Source of the DNA: a virus
Taxonomy: Duplodnaviria > Heunggongvirae > Uroviricota > Caudoviricetes
Reading direction: 5' to 3' (one strand)
Virus record (IMG/VR): IMGVR_UViG_3300042691_005779
DNA: 35,456 nucleotides
Position numbers and translations under genes: made by a program
The notes under the pieces: model-generated
The model's input: the letters and a program-made list of their open reading frames with translations, nothing else
Databases searched by the model: none
Told to the model about the DNA's origin: nothing
Part shown: positions 16,050 through 24,939 of the stretch, piece by piece
Layout of the letters: the number at the start of each line of letters is the position of its first letter
Position numbering within the stretch: the first letter of the stretch is position 1

Positions 16050-17743
16050 TAGAAGTTATTATATCCTGTTAATTTAATAGTTGTTGTATTTAGTTTTACA
16101 CCCAACTGGTTACCCTTGTTATCAGAAGCATCTAAGTTAGATGTAACTTTGATAGCTGAGTTAATGTCCAGCCCACTCTTGAGTGTAGAGAACACCAGTT
16201 TGAAAGGAGTGAGATCCTTTCCTGTATATGGAGTTTTTAATTCTCTATCTACAGCACCAAACTTAATACGTCCATCATGATTGTTTACAAACACTAACCA
16301 CGTAGGCATATCTGCTTTGATAGATTCAAACTTCACCTTGGTTGGATCATATACAAACTCAAATTGTAAGCCTGATAGATTAGCCCCATTAGTGTTTACA
16401 TTCACTGGAATAGTAAACTGGTCACTAGTAAGTGTTAAGTTATTTAAACTAACCTCTACATCAGGTAAAGTTTCATTAGGTGTATTAACAAACGTAGAGA
16501 ATGTAGTTACTGTTTGAGCTTGTGTTCTAATTGAGCTGTGTGATCTGTTGATGTCTCCAGGAACTAAGTAACAGATGCTCAGTGGTTTAGCTACATTACT
16601 TGTTCTGAAATGCACTGTATACTTATCTGTAACAGCTTTCCAAGATGTAGAAGATAAGCTATCATATGTAGCACTTAGAAACGCAGGAAGGTTTGTTAAT
16701 GTCTGACCAGCAATAGGTGTAAAGATTGTGTCAGCTCCTACAGCCTGTGCAAATAGTGCTGTTACATCTCCACCATCCAGTGTCTTATTATCATTAACGT
16801 CAGCTGCCATATACCCAATACCAGAAGCAATGTTGCTATTGGTAAATGTACCATCTAGGTTTTGCTTCATAAATTCTGAAACAGCAGCTGTATAGTCACT
16901 TACAGTGATTGCTCTATTAAGCATTGCTGGGATGCTATCTGAAACCACGTTTACATAAATCTTGTACGCTGTGTTAGGAAGCAACTCACTACCAAGAGTG
17001 AATGCACCATTAACACCTGGAGTAACTGTAGCTCTCACTATGTTTGTAGCTGAGTCAACAAATACTAATCTAGGTTGGTATCCTCCTGTTAGACCACTGC
17101 TTAACTTTAGTTCCCCATTAACAAGAGCATTAGCCACTGGTGTTAATCCCACCCAAGCTGAGTTAGGTTTAGGCATTCTTGTTTCATAATATGTTCCTCC
17201 ATAATTACCACTGAATGCTTGAGCAAAGTTGTAATAGATAGAGTCATACGCAAAACCTGCTTGCACTTGCTCCACTCTAAATCTGATGTTACAGAATGTA
17301 CCATCTACTAAGTCTGCACTTGATACAGCCCATATACGATTGATGGCTCTACCACCAGTTGCATTATATCCATAGCTTAGATTGTTACTGTTTGTCTGTG
17401 AAGACTCAGTTGTATTCTGTGCAGTTCTGTTTAGGAAGTAGCCAGGATAGTATTGATTCTGATAAGATGTCTGTGCTCCCTGAGGAACAGCATTGCCAAA
17501 TGTTAAGTCTATCATATTGATAGCTGACATCTGATGTTGGAAGTCTAGGTAGAAAGAGCGTACAGGTTTACCTGCAGCTGCTTTATATATTAACGACACC
17601 TGTACAGTGTCACCTTTCTTGATAGCCCCACCACCAATATTAGTGCTAATAACATTAGGACTGAGTCTTAATTCAGGGTTTTGACCATAAGATGATGTCA
17701 CAAATATTGTAAAAAGTGTGACAAAAAATAATAGTTTTTTCAT
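16049..17743 (-). CDS. secreted protein with cohesin-like and dockerin/EF-hand-like domains
   Basis: Signal peptide; DVNDNKTLDGGD and GDIN Ca-loop motifs; C-terminal FTIPVNV...LSGLQFEFVYDPTKVKF cohesin signature. Confidence 0.7.
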   Translation of the reverse strand: MKKLLFFVTLFTIFVTSSYGQNPELRLSPNVISTNIGGGAIKKGDTVQVSLIYKAAAGKPVRSFYLDFQHQMSAINMIDLTFGNAVPQGAQTSYQNQYYPGYFLNRTAQNTTESSQTNSNNLSYGYNATGGRAINRIWAVSSADLVDGTFCNIRFRVEQVQAGFAYDSIYYNFAQAFSGNYGGTYYETRMPKPNSAWVGLTPVANALVNGELKLSSGLTGGYQPRLVFVDSATNIVRATVTPGVNGAFTLGSELLPNTAYKIYVNVVSDSIPAMLNRAITVSDYTAAVSEFMKQNLDGTFTNSNIASGIGYMAADVNDNKTLDGGDVTALFAQAVGADTIFTPIAGQTLTNLPAFLSATYDSLSSTSWKAVTDKYTVHFRTSNVAKPLSICYLVPGDINRSHSSIRTQAQTVTTFSTFVNTPNETLPDVEVSLNNLTLTSDQFTIPVNVNTNGANLSGLQFEFVYDPTKVKFESIKADMPTWLVFVNNHDGRIKFGAVDRELKTPYTGKDLTPFKLVFSTLKSGLDINSAIKVTSNLDASDNKGNQLGVKLNTTTIKLTGYNNF

Positions 17744-18387
17744 TATAACAGCTTGTTTACCAATGAGTTAGACGCTTTCTTCAAAGCTGAACTTAAATTT
17801 TGTTGGTTAAACTTGCCACCCTCATCTATTAATAGAGTGGACATACTTGTTTCAGCTGCAGACTCTTCGACAAGAGCTTTTTTAATAACCTTGCCATCTT
17901 TAATAATTGTTCCATATAATCTAATAATTACTGATTCTTTTTCTTTGTGGAATACAGATAGCTGTGAAGTGTTCTTTAACACATCCAGATACACAATGTC
18001 TGCTGTGATTTGTAAACTAGCAGAAGGGTCAATGTCATACTCTTTATCTTGTAACACTTCTTCTATTATATTCTTCACACCAAACTCTAGGTTTCTATTA
18101 CCAGCCAACACCCCTACCTTCACCTTATTAGTAATGGCACCAATGCTTATCTTGGTAGGCTCTTCGTAATAGATATTACCTGGATGGTTTTTAAATCTAC
18201 CATCAAACTTCCAATCTAACTGATTAACTATGTTTTGAATCTTCTCGTGCTGGTTTGTAAACTCCAGATATAAGAAAAATAACTGTGCACCTAAGCCACA
18301 GAAAATAATAATCATCACACCATAGAGAAAAACTAAGAATAGTTTTTGCCCCATGTATGTGCCAATGCTTGCTAATTTTGTCCCCAT
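17743..18387 (-). CDS. membrane-anchored periplasmic protein (CsgG/LptE-like alpha/beta fold)
   Basis: N-terminal TM segment; GVKNIIEEVL...NLSSALKKASNSLVNKLL helix-sheet-helix pattern. Confidence 0.5.
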   Translation of the reverse strand: MGTKLASIGTYMGQKLFLVFLYGVMIIIFCGLGAQLFFLYLEFTNQHEKIQNIVNQLDWKFDGRFKNHPGNIYYEEPTKISIGAITNKVKVGVLAGNRNLEFGVKNIIEEVLQDKEYDIDPSASLQITADIVYLDVLKNTSQLSVFHKEKESVIIRLYGTIIKDGKVIKKALVEESAAETSMSTLLIDEGGKFNQQNLSSALKKASNSLVNKLL

Positions 18388-18416
18388 TATATTTTATTTA
18401 TGAGGACTCAGAAATC

Positions 18417-18542
18417 TTACTTCCCTTGTCCTCTGTATTTACTTACAGCTTTGTCTTTGGGTCCACTAGTCTTTTTAGCTTTGCCTCCTTTGCGTTTGCC
18501 AAAGCTAATCTTTCTAACTTCACCACCTTTTGCTTTTGCCAT
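18417..18542 (-). CDS. 41-aa basic YRGQGK-terminal peptide (absent from ORF track)
   Basis: Hand translation: MAKAKGGEVRKISFGKRKGGKAKKTSGPKDKAVSKYRGQGK. Confidence 0.75.
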   Translation of the reverse strand: MAKAKGGEVRKISFGKRKGGKAKKTSGPKDKAVSKYRGQGK

Positions 18543-18560
18543 GTTGGTTGTTTTTAAATG

Positions 18561-19178
18561 TTAAACTAATAATTCATGATATTCTTTGAAATGCTTTATC
18601 CTATCTGCAAGGCCAATTGTACCACCATTAACACGTTTAGTAATCTTGGTAACCACAGCATCTGTAGCACCTTCATCAGCAATCTTGTTTAGACCATTCT
18701 TGCTCCAGAACCAAGCTGCAGATAGTAACACATACTGTGTACCAACTAGATTAGGATCTGCATCAGGGCCTAGTCCAATTGATTTGAAGAACGCTGTGTA
18801 GTTATCTTTACCAGTCAGTTGAATTGCTCCTCTTCCACGAAACTTAAAACCATCTCCTGATGCTTCTGGACCATTACCCATACGTCCACCATATACAAGA
18901 TTGGCAATCTTCTCAGGCTTCTTAGCATAGGCTGCTACCTTAGGTTCATCAAAAGTTTTATCAGGCCTTCTAAAATACTTACCAAAGATTCCTTTAAGAC
19001 CTTTAGCAGAGTAGTTTAGGTTCTCTTGGAACACCTTAAATCCACCACTCTCATGTCCTGTTTGTGCTAGGAAATGAGCAAGTCTTACTGGGGTGTTTAT
19101 TTGAAACTTCTCCATCACCTCAGGTATCTTGTCTAATATACTGTCAGGAATATGGCCCCTCAAATTATTTAATATCAT
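18561..19178 (-). CDS. GH19 endolysin
   Basis: RLAHFLAQTGHESGGF, ENLNYS, GDGFKFRGRGAIQLTGKDNY, AAWFW, TKRVNGG. Confidence 0.92.
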   Translation of the reverse strand: MILNNLRGHIPDSILDKIPEVMEKFQINTPVRLAHFLAQTGHESGGFKVFQENLNYSAKGLKGIFGKYFRRPDKTFDEPKVAAYAKKPEKIANLVYGGRMGNGPEASGDGFKFRGRGAIQLTGKDNYTAFFKSIGLGPDADPNLVGTQYVLLSAAWFWSKNGLNKIADEGATDAVVTKITKRVNGGTIGLADRIKHFKEYHELLV

Positions 19179-19317
19179 TTTTCTTTTTCTTTTTAGCAGG
19201 CTTCTTTTTAGGAGCTGCAGGTTTAAGTGGAACTACTGGTGCTACAACCTCTACAGCTTTACCTGCAAGTTCTTTCTTACCAAATAACTTTTTAATTAAT
19301 TCTAAGATCTTCTTCAT
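19165..19317 (-). CDS. 50-aa cationic amphipathic peptide (absent from ORF track)
   Basis: Hand translation: MKKILELIKKLFGKKELAGKAVEVVAPVVPLKPAAPKKKPAKKKKKNDIK; starts 3 nt after the upstream stop. Confidence 0.7.
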   Translation of the reverse strand: MKKILELIKKLFGKKELAGKAVEVVAPVVPLKPAAPKKKPAKKKKKNDIK

Positions 19318-19320
19318 GTT

Positions 19321-19938
19321 TTATTTTTTGAGTTTCCAAAATGTTTGAAAGCCATAACTTATTTGACCTTCAACGCTTGTACCAACTGTTACATTATATA
19401 TCTGATCACTCTTAGTCTTAAGAAGCACACCAGCATTTAAGCTTGTAACACCTAATGTTTTATTACCACCTATACCACCACCTACATATAATTGACTCTT
19501 AGGAGGAGCATACTTAGTAATAGTTGTAGTTGTATGTATAGTAGGTATCTTATAATGATATTGATACCCACGATTATCTAGTTTGTTAGAATGCACTGTA
19601 TCACTTACAACAATGTATCCTACAGAATCAAGCTTGAGACTATCTCTGTAAACATTCTTAGCTAAGAACAGACTCAATAAGTTTTCATATTGAACCTTCA
19701 AAGCAGCGTAGTTTGTATCAGCTATATACTGAGGAGGAAGTGTATCATGTACTACAGGAAGTGTTTTGTAAACAGTCATTCTTTTTACAATGAGACTATC
19801 ACGCACCTCATATGTAGTGTCATGTACAGTTACTGTGTCAGGTCCCTTAGCAGCTTTATCAGGTCCACAACCAGTTCTTTGTAAGACTATAATTGCTATG
19901 AGCACAAGTATAGCCAGGGTTAATATGTTTTTATTCAT
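19321..19938 (-). CDS. membrane-anchored spanin-like lysis protein (putative)
   Basis: N-terminal hydrophobic anchor ending in TGC; amphipathic beta-strand C-terminus; lies between the holin and the endolysin. Confidence 0.45.
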   Translation of the reverse strand: MNKNILTLAILVLIAIIVLQRTGCGPDKAAKGPDTVTVHDTTYEVRDSLIVKRMTVYKTLPVVHDTLPPQYIADTNYAALKVQYENLLSLFLAKNVYRDSLKLDSVGYIVVSDTVHSNKLDNRGYQYHYKIPTIHTTTTITKYAPPKSQLYVGGGIGGNKTLGVTSLNAGVLLKTKSDQIYNVTVGTSVEGQISYGFQTFWKLKK

Positions 19939-20155
19939 TGTCTTTCTTTTTAGTTGAAAACTTGTCCCATGTAGTGAATCCCATTCCTACAAAAACTATC
20001 CCAGCCACCAGGTCTGCTAAATGTACATTAACGTTGAAGTTGAATATGAATGCAGTTAGTAAACATATTGCACTAAGTGTAACAATAGTTCTTTTGTGAC
20101 TGGTAGATCCACGCTCATCTGTGAGCATGTCTTTTAGAATTTGTTTAAAGCTCAT
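19931..20155 (-). CDS. two-TM holin (putative)
   Basis: 74 aa, two TM helices, charged C-terminus, upstream of the endolysin. Confidence 0.6.
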   Translation of the reverse strand: MSFKQILKDMLTDERGSTSHKRTIVTLSAICLLTAFIFNFNVNVHLADLVAGIVFVGMGFTTWDKFSTKKKDNE

Positions 20156-20442
20156 CTTTGTTTGCTTTTTGATTTAACATAAGAGAACTCTCTGTTGGCA
20201 GCAACCCTGATTATAACAGGAGGTTCTTCTACAGGTCTGAGAGGAGCACTTGTGTTTGCTTTAAAGACACTCCTTTCTAGGTTGTCTATACGTGTCTTGT
20301 CTATATTAGACTGGGCCATAAGAGCCTTGACATCAGCTTTCACCTCATTGACATCATGTAAAATCATTAGGCCTAATATAGAAACCAGGCTTGGGAATAC
20401 CCATACCTTGAACGCTACGATTGCAGAGTTTTCTTGATTCAT
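20152..20442 (-). CDS. single-TM plus coiled-coil lysis-cassette protein (holin/antiholin-like)
   Basis: TM segment then VNEVKADVKALM..IDNLE coiled coil. ATG 20442 is preferred; ATG 20487 lies inside a hairpin. Confidence 0.55.
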   Translation of the reverse strand: MNQENSAIVAFKVWVFPSLVSILGLMILHDVNEVKADVKALMAQSNIDKTRIDNLERSVFKANTSAPLRPVEEPPVIIRVAANREFSYVKSKSKQR

Positions 20443-20455
20443 TTCAGTAAATAAA

Positions 20456-20492
20456 ATAACATGCCTGTCCCATTTAAGAGAAGGCATGTTAT
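20456..20492 (-). terminator. hairpin (terminator or translational-control element) between DUF2061 and the lysis cassette
   Basis: Perfect 11-bp inverted repeat ATAACATGCCT/AGGCATGTTAT, extendable into the loop, followed on the minus strand by TTTATTT. Confidence 0.45.
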
Positions 20493-20510
20493 GTAGTTAT
20501 AAATAAATTG

Positions 20511-20717
20511 TTATTTCTTCAGACCATACTTGATCCACTTGTACCAGATACGTTCATGGATAAAGTATTGTATAGGTTTGTATATAAGTTCAGCCACCCC
20601 AAAGGTAGCCCCTATCTTAATGGATCCGCTAATCCCCCACATAAGCAAGAAGCCTATCAAGGTGCTGACAATCCTGTAACTTATAGTTTTTGCAACATGT
20701 CGTTTGACTAATGGCAT
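20511..20717 (-). CDS. DUF2061-like membrane protein
   Basis: RHVAKTISYRIVST...YFIHERIWY; start reassigned to ATG 20717, downstream of the promoter. Confidence 0.8.
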   Translation of the reverse strand: MPLVKRHVAKTISYRIVSTLIGFLLMWGISGSIKIGATFGVAELIYKPIQYFIHERIWYKWIKYGLKK

Positions 20718-20726
20718 AATATTGGG

Positions 20727-20758
20727 CAAAGGTATGTAAAAAGATTGATATAACCAAA
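20727..20758 (-). promoter_or_regulatory. Bacteroidota-type promoter
   Basis: TTTG (20755-20758), 20-nt spacer, TACCTTTG (20727-20734). Confidence 0.8.
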
Positions 20759-20767
20759 TCTTTTTTT

Positions 20768-21136
20768 CTAGTAGGGTTGGTAGGACTTTTCCTCTATAAA
20801 CTCAGAACCATACTTCATATTAATTTCTTTCTTAATACGTGCTCGCTTGTCATTCAATAAGTAAACACTCCTGGCTAGCTGGACAAAGTGGTTATCAAAT
20901 ACCTTGTTTCTCTCACAATCTCTGAGTCTATCCTCTACATCCCAGAGCTTTTTGTTCACCCAGAGTAGCTCATCTGTCAAAGAATCATGTACTATCTCTG
21001 GAGGAATCACTCCAGTGAGGTAGGTTCTCTCCTTGAATACGTTTGTAAGCTTGTCTTTATCTTGTATGTTCAAAGCTTTGATAGATAGGATGGTCCACTT
21101 GTCTACCACTTCTCCTATAGAAACTTCTATTTGCAT
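20768..21136 (-). CDS. DUF6165-like protein
   Basis: VSIGEVVDKWTILSIK...VNKKLWDVEDRLR...LARSVYLLNDKRARIKKEIN...EEKSY. Confidence 0.75.
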   Translation of the reverse strand: MQIEVSIGEVVDKWTILSIKALNIQDKDKLTNVFKERTYLTGVIPPEIVHDSLTDELLWVNKKLWDVEDRLRDCERNKVFDNHFVQLARSVYLLNDKRARIKKEINMKYGSEFIEEKSYQPY

Positions 21137-21144
21137 AAAAAATT

Positions 21145-21176
21145 ATTGAATATTCCCCACAAATATAGTAATTTTG
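21145..21176 (+). promoter_or_regulatory. Bacteroidota-type promoter for the 1130-aa glyco-enzyme gene
   Basis: ATTG (21145-21148), 20-nt spacer, TAATTTTG (21169-21176). Confidence 0.7.
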
Positions 21177-21191
21177 TTGTAAATAATCAAT
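21160..21191 (-). promoter_or_regulatory. Bacteroidota-type promoter for the DUF6165-like gene
   Basis: ATTG (21188-21191), 20-nt spacer, TATATTTG (21160-21167). Confidence 0.7.
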
Positions 21192-21194
21192 GCT

Positions 21195-24100
21195 ATGCCC
21201 AACAGTTACACATATTTTAAGCAAGAGGTGAAGGAGTGGTTCAGGGATAATGTTCCTGCTAACACAAAAGTGTTAGACGTAGGTCCTGGACAGGGTACAT
21301 ATGGTAAGCTTTTATTTGAACTTGGGTATGCAATAGATGCTGTTGAGGTGTGGGATCCATACATTAGTGAGTATAAACTGTGGGAGTATTATGGTAATGT
21401 ACATATTGCTGATATACGTGAGTTTGATTGGTCTGAGTATGAGTTCATCATCCTAGGTGATGTGCTAGAACACCTAACAGCTGAAGAAGGACAGAAGCTC
21501 ATCACTGATATTGCCATGGCTAGGAAGCAATGTTTGGTTGCTATTCCCTATATGATGGAGCAAGATGGTGAGGAGTATGGTAATACATATGAGACCCACC
21601 TGCAAGCAGACCTTACAAAGGAGGTGATGGCAGAGCGTTATCCTACACTAGACTTGCTCTATGCCAATGATTACTATGGATATTATGTAAGTAAGAAGAT
21701 AGCAGACAAAGCATTTGTACTCTATGCCACAGAAGCTTATTATGATATTGTGACAGCCTGTGTTAAGTCACTCACTACATTCAGTCAGTATCCAGTGTTT
21801 GTATACATGCTTAACTCTGACAAGAAGGTGCCCAGGGCTACAACTATCAGGTGGAACTGTGATATAGATCCAATAGAATACAATACCAAAGAACAGTTCT
21901 ACATCAATAGAACAGATGATAGAGTATATAACATCCTCATACAGCGTCCACTGATTGTTATAGACTGTCTGAAGTATGCTGACACTGTAATGTATGTAGA
22001 CAGCGATAGTGTTGCTACACCTTTTGTAGATAAAGTGTTTAACTACCCTGTCTCTGAGTATCCCCTATTTACATCTAGCATCTATGACCAGATGTTCCTA
22101 AATGGAAAAGGAGACCTTGAGAAACCTATTTGTGATCTATTAGATATACAGAGAGGCAGGTATATACAAACAGGATACTTCCTAGCCAATAGAGATTGTC
22201 TACCATTCTTACAAGAGTGGGCTAGTTTATGTATTGATGCAAGAGTGATGGGTGATTTCAAACTCTATGCTCCATTCCATGAAGAGACATTAGCTAATGC
22301 AACACTTTGGAAGAATGATTATAACAAATCTCTACCACTCATCTATACTAATGCTAGCTTAGATGTATTAGAGAACATAGATAAATATGAGTTTGGTAAA
22401 GAGCATTGGGAATGGTTTAAACTACCTGATAGTAAGCATGAGTTGTTCTTCTACCATGGAGAGAAGAGACCAGATGTAATGTACAAGATGATTAGTAGAT
22501 TGAAAGGTAATAAGAGAGTGTTATTTCTAGCACCTCACCTATCTACAGGTGGTATGCCTGCGTTCCTATTAAAGAGAATACAGGAGATAAAAGACCATGT
22601 AGAGATATATGTAGTTGAGTATCAATGCCACAGCTTAGACTTTGTTGTACAACGTAATGCTATCAAAGAGATTGTAGGATCTAACTTCACTACACTGTAT
22701 GAGAACAAGATGGAGCTGTTTGATATTATTGATAGCTGGAAGCCAGACATCATTCATCTAGATGAACCTGCTGAAAGATATAACAGAGAGATGATTACTA
22801 AGTTGTATGATGTAAACAGATCATACAAGATTGTAGAGACATTCCATGATGTAGCATTCAAGCCTGAAGAAAAGATGTTTCAGTCAGAAGCATATGCATT
22901 CTGTACACCATACCACCTCAATAAGTTTACAAACTTACAGGGTTATAGAAAGGTGATTGAGTTTCCTTTAGAAAACAAGAAACCAACTAACACACGTAAG
23001 ATAATAGCTAAGAACAAGGTAGGGTTTGCTCCATTCAGGACTAGTGTTGTAAATGTAGGACTGTGGACTCCAGGTAAAAATCAAGCAGAGGGAATTGAAA
23101 TAGCTAAGAAGTATCCTCATATGGATTTCTATTTTGTAGGTAATCAAGCTGGTAACTTCAAAGATTACTGGGAACCTTTAATGAAAGACTTACCAAAGAA
23201 TGTATATGTTCTAGGAGAGAAGAGCAATGTAGAAGACTATTTAACAGCTGCAGATATATTCATGTTCAACAGCACATGGGAATGTAATCCTCTTGTACTT
23301 AGAGAAGCAATCAGTTATGCACTACCTGTTGTAGCTAGAAACCTACCACAGTATGAAGATATGTTTACTAAGTATCTTCTACCTATAGATAGTGACTTTG
23401 ATGAAATATACAATCAGTATAGAAATGGTATTGTTCAGTATGACATACCAGACATTACATTTAGACAAGACAACATAGACTTCTACAATCATGTAGATTC
23501 TATCTCTCTACAGCCACAAGATGTAACCATCACACAGCATTACATAGTTAATCCATTTCTTGAGATAACAGGTGTGAGTGATAGTAACTTCAAAATAGAA
23601 TACTATGATGAGCAGGGTGTATGTCACTACAGTAGTGTAATCAAAACCAACCAGTGGGTAAAGTTAAACAGAAGTTATTACACTAAATGGAGAAACAAGA
23701 TATGGCAAGATGGCAATCTTATACACGACTACACACTAGACTATACAGACAAGACTGTGTTCATCTACTTTGATAGTGAAAGTCTTGGTGATACAATTGC
23801 ATGGATGCCATACTGTTTAGAGTTTAAGAAGAAGCACAACTGTCATGTTGTTGTAAGTACATACAAAAACTTCTTGTTTGAGAAGGCCTATCCAGAGCTT
23901 GAGTTTGTTGCACCTGGAACACCTGTGAATGCTTATGGAGAATACATAATAGGTTGGAGATATAACACAGACCAAGAGCCTGAGTTATGTAACACCATCC
24001 CTCTACAGAAAGCAGCTACTAATATACTTGGACTAGAATACAAAGAGATAAGACCTAGAATTGCTTATACACCTGTACAGTTTGAAGACAGGACTAAGTA

Positions 24101-24587
24101 TGTAACTATTGCTACGAATAGTACAACAGGATGTAAGTTTTGGACTAGAGAAGGGTGGCAAGAAGTGATTAACTATCTAGTGAGTCAAGGATACAAAGTG
24201 TACAATGTATCTAAGGAAAGAAATCCATTTGATAACTGTGTACAGATAGAAGACACATCAATGGATAACACCATCAATATGATTTGGAACAGTAAGTTCT
24301 TTATAGGACTTAGTTCAGGATTAAGCTGGTTAGCTTGGGCTTTAGGTAAACAAGTGGTGATGATTTCTAACTTCACCAAAGCAGACCATGAGTTTCAATC
24401 TAACTGTATTAGAATTACAGATGAGAGCGTGTGTCATGGATGTTGGAACAATAAGAACTTCAAGTTTGATAGAGGAGACTGGAACTGGTGCCCTATCTGG
24501 AAGGGTTATGACAAACAGTTTGAATGCCATAACACCATCACAGCAGATAAAGTTATAGCTTCCCTTCAGCCTTTAATTGTTCTCTAA
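21195..24587 (+). CDS. four-domain enzyme: SAM methyltransferase, GT-A, GT4 (GT-B), Aah/TibC-like protein O-heptosyltransferase
   Basis: VLDVGPGQG and GDVLEHL; YVDSDSV; FLAPHLSTGGMP and ECNPLVLREA; SLGDTIAWMPY, FIGLSSGLSWLAWA and CHGCW...WCP...QFEC. Confidence 0.8.
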   Translation: MPNSYTYFKQEVKEWFRDNVPANTKVLDVGPGQGTYGKLLFELGYAIDAVEVWDPYISEYKLWEYYGNVHIADIREFDWSEYEFIILGDVLEHLTAEEGQKLITDIAMARKQCLVAIPYMMEQDGEEYGNTYETHLQADLTKEVMAERYPTLDLLYANDYYGYYVSKKIADKAFVLYATEAYYDIVTACVKSLTTFSQYPVFVYMLNSDKKVPRATTIRWNCDIDPIEYNTKEQFYINRTDDRVYNILIQRPLIVIDCLKYADTVMYVDSDSVATPFVDKVFNYPVSEYPLFTSSIYDQMFLNGKGDLEKPICDLLDIQRGRYIQTGYFLANRDCLPFLQEWASLCIDARVMGDFKLYAPFHEETLANATLWKNDYNKSLPLIYTNASLDVLENIDKYEFGKEHWEWFKLPDSKHELFFYHGEKRPDVMYKMISRLKGNKRVLFLAPHLSTGGMPAFLLKRIQEIKDHVEIYVVEYQCHSLDFVVQRNAIKEIVGSNFTTLYENKMELFDIIDSWKPDIIHLDEPAERYNREMITKLYDVNRSYKIVETFHDVAFKPEEKMFQSEAYAFCTPYHLNKFTNLQGYRKVIEFPLENKKPTNTRKIIAKNKVGFAPFRTSVVNVGLWTPGKNQAEGIEIAKKYPHMDFYFVGNQAGNFKDYWEPLMKDLPKNVYVLGEKSNVEDYLTAADIFMFNSTWECNPLVLREAISYALPVVARNLPQYEDMFTKYLLPIDSDFDEIYNQYRNGIVQYDIPDITFRQDNIDFYNHVDSISLQPQDVTITQHYIVNPFLEITGVSDSNFKIEYYDEQGVCHYSSVIKTNQWVKLNRSYYTKWRNKIWQDGNLIHDYTLDYTDKTVFIYFDSESLGDTIAWMPYCLEFKKKHNCHVVVSTYKNFLFEKAYPELEFVAPGTPVNAYGEYIIGWRYNTDQEPELCNTIPLQKAATNILGLEYKEIRPRIAYTPVQFEDRTKYVTIATNSTTGCKFWTREGWQEVINYLVSQGYKVYNVSKERNPFDNCVQIEDTSMDNTINMIWNSKFFIGLSSGLSWLAWALGKQVVMISNFTKADHEFQSNCIRITDESVCHGCWNNKNFKFDRGDWNWCPIWKGYDKQFECHNTITADKVIASLQPLIVL

Positions 24588-24939
24588 TTTGTGTAGCAGA
24601 TATATCATGTATATCTTGAGGTGGTACGTGTTCTACAACATCATAACCAATACCTCTACCAATATTAACAGATTCAATATCAGGTATAATCATGAGTCTA
24701 ACTCTTCCTTCCTCAATGAGATCCATTAATTCTTCTGTTAGATTCATCATAACTTGCCATGGAGACCAAGGATTCTTCTCATCAGGAGTAACATCTCTTA
24801 CACAGAGGAGAACATTCTTACCTTCATTTAATTTCTGATCAATCAACCATCTGTGACCAGGATGCCATGGTTGCCATCTTCCTATGAACATAGCATAACC
24901 ACTTCCATTACCATTACCTTTTGCTAGAATATTCTGCAT
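24553..24939 (-). CDS. HxGH nucleotidyltransferase (cytidyltransferase-like), candidate minimal ATP sulfurylase
   Basis: MFIGRWQPWHPGH and ISATQIR; directly downstream of the APS kinase gene. Confidence 0.7.
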   Translation of the reverse strand: MQNILAKGNGNGSGYAMFIGRWQPWHPGHRWLIDQKLNEGKNVLLCVRDVTPDEKNPWSPWQVMMNLTEELMDLIEEGRVRLMIIPDIESVNIGRGIGYDVVEHVPPQDIHDISATQIREQLKAEGKL

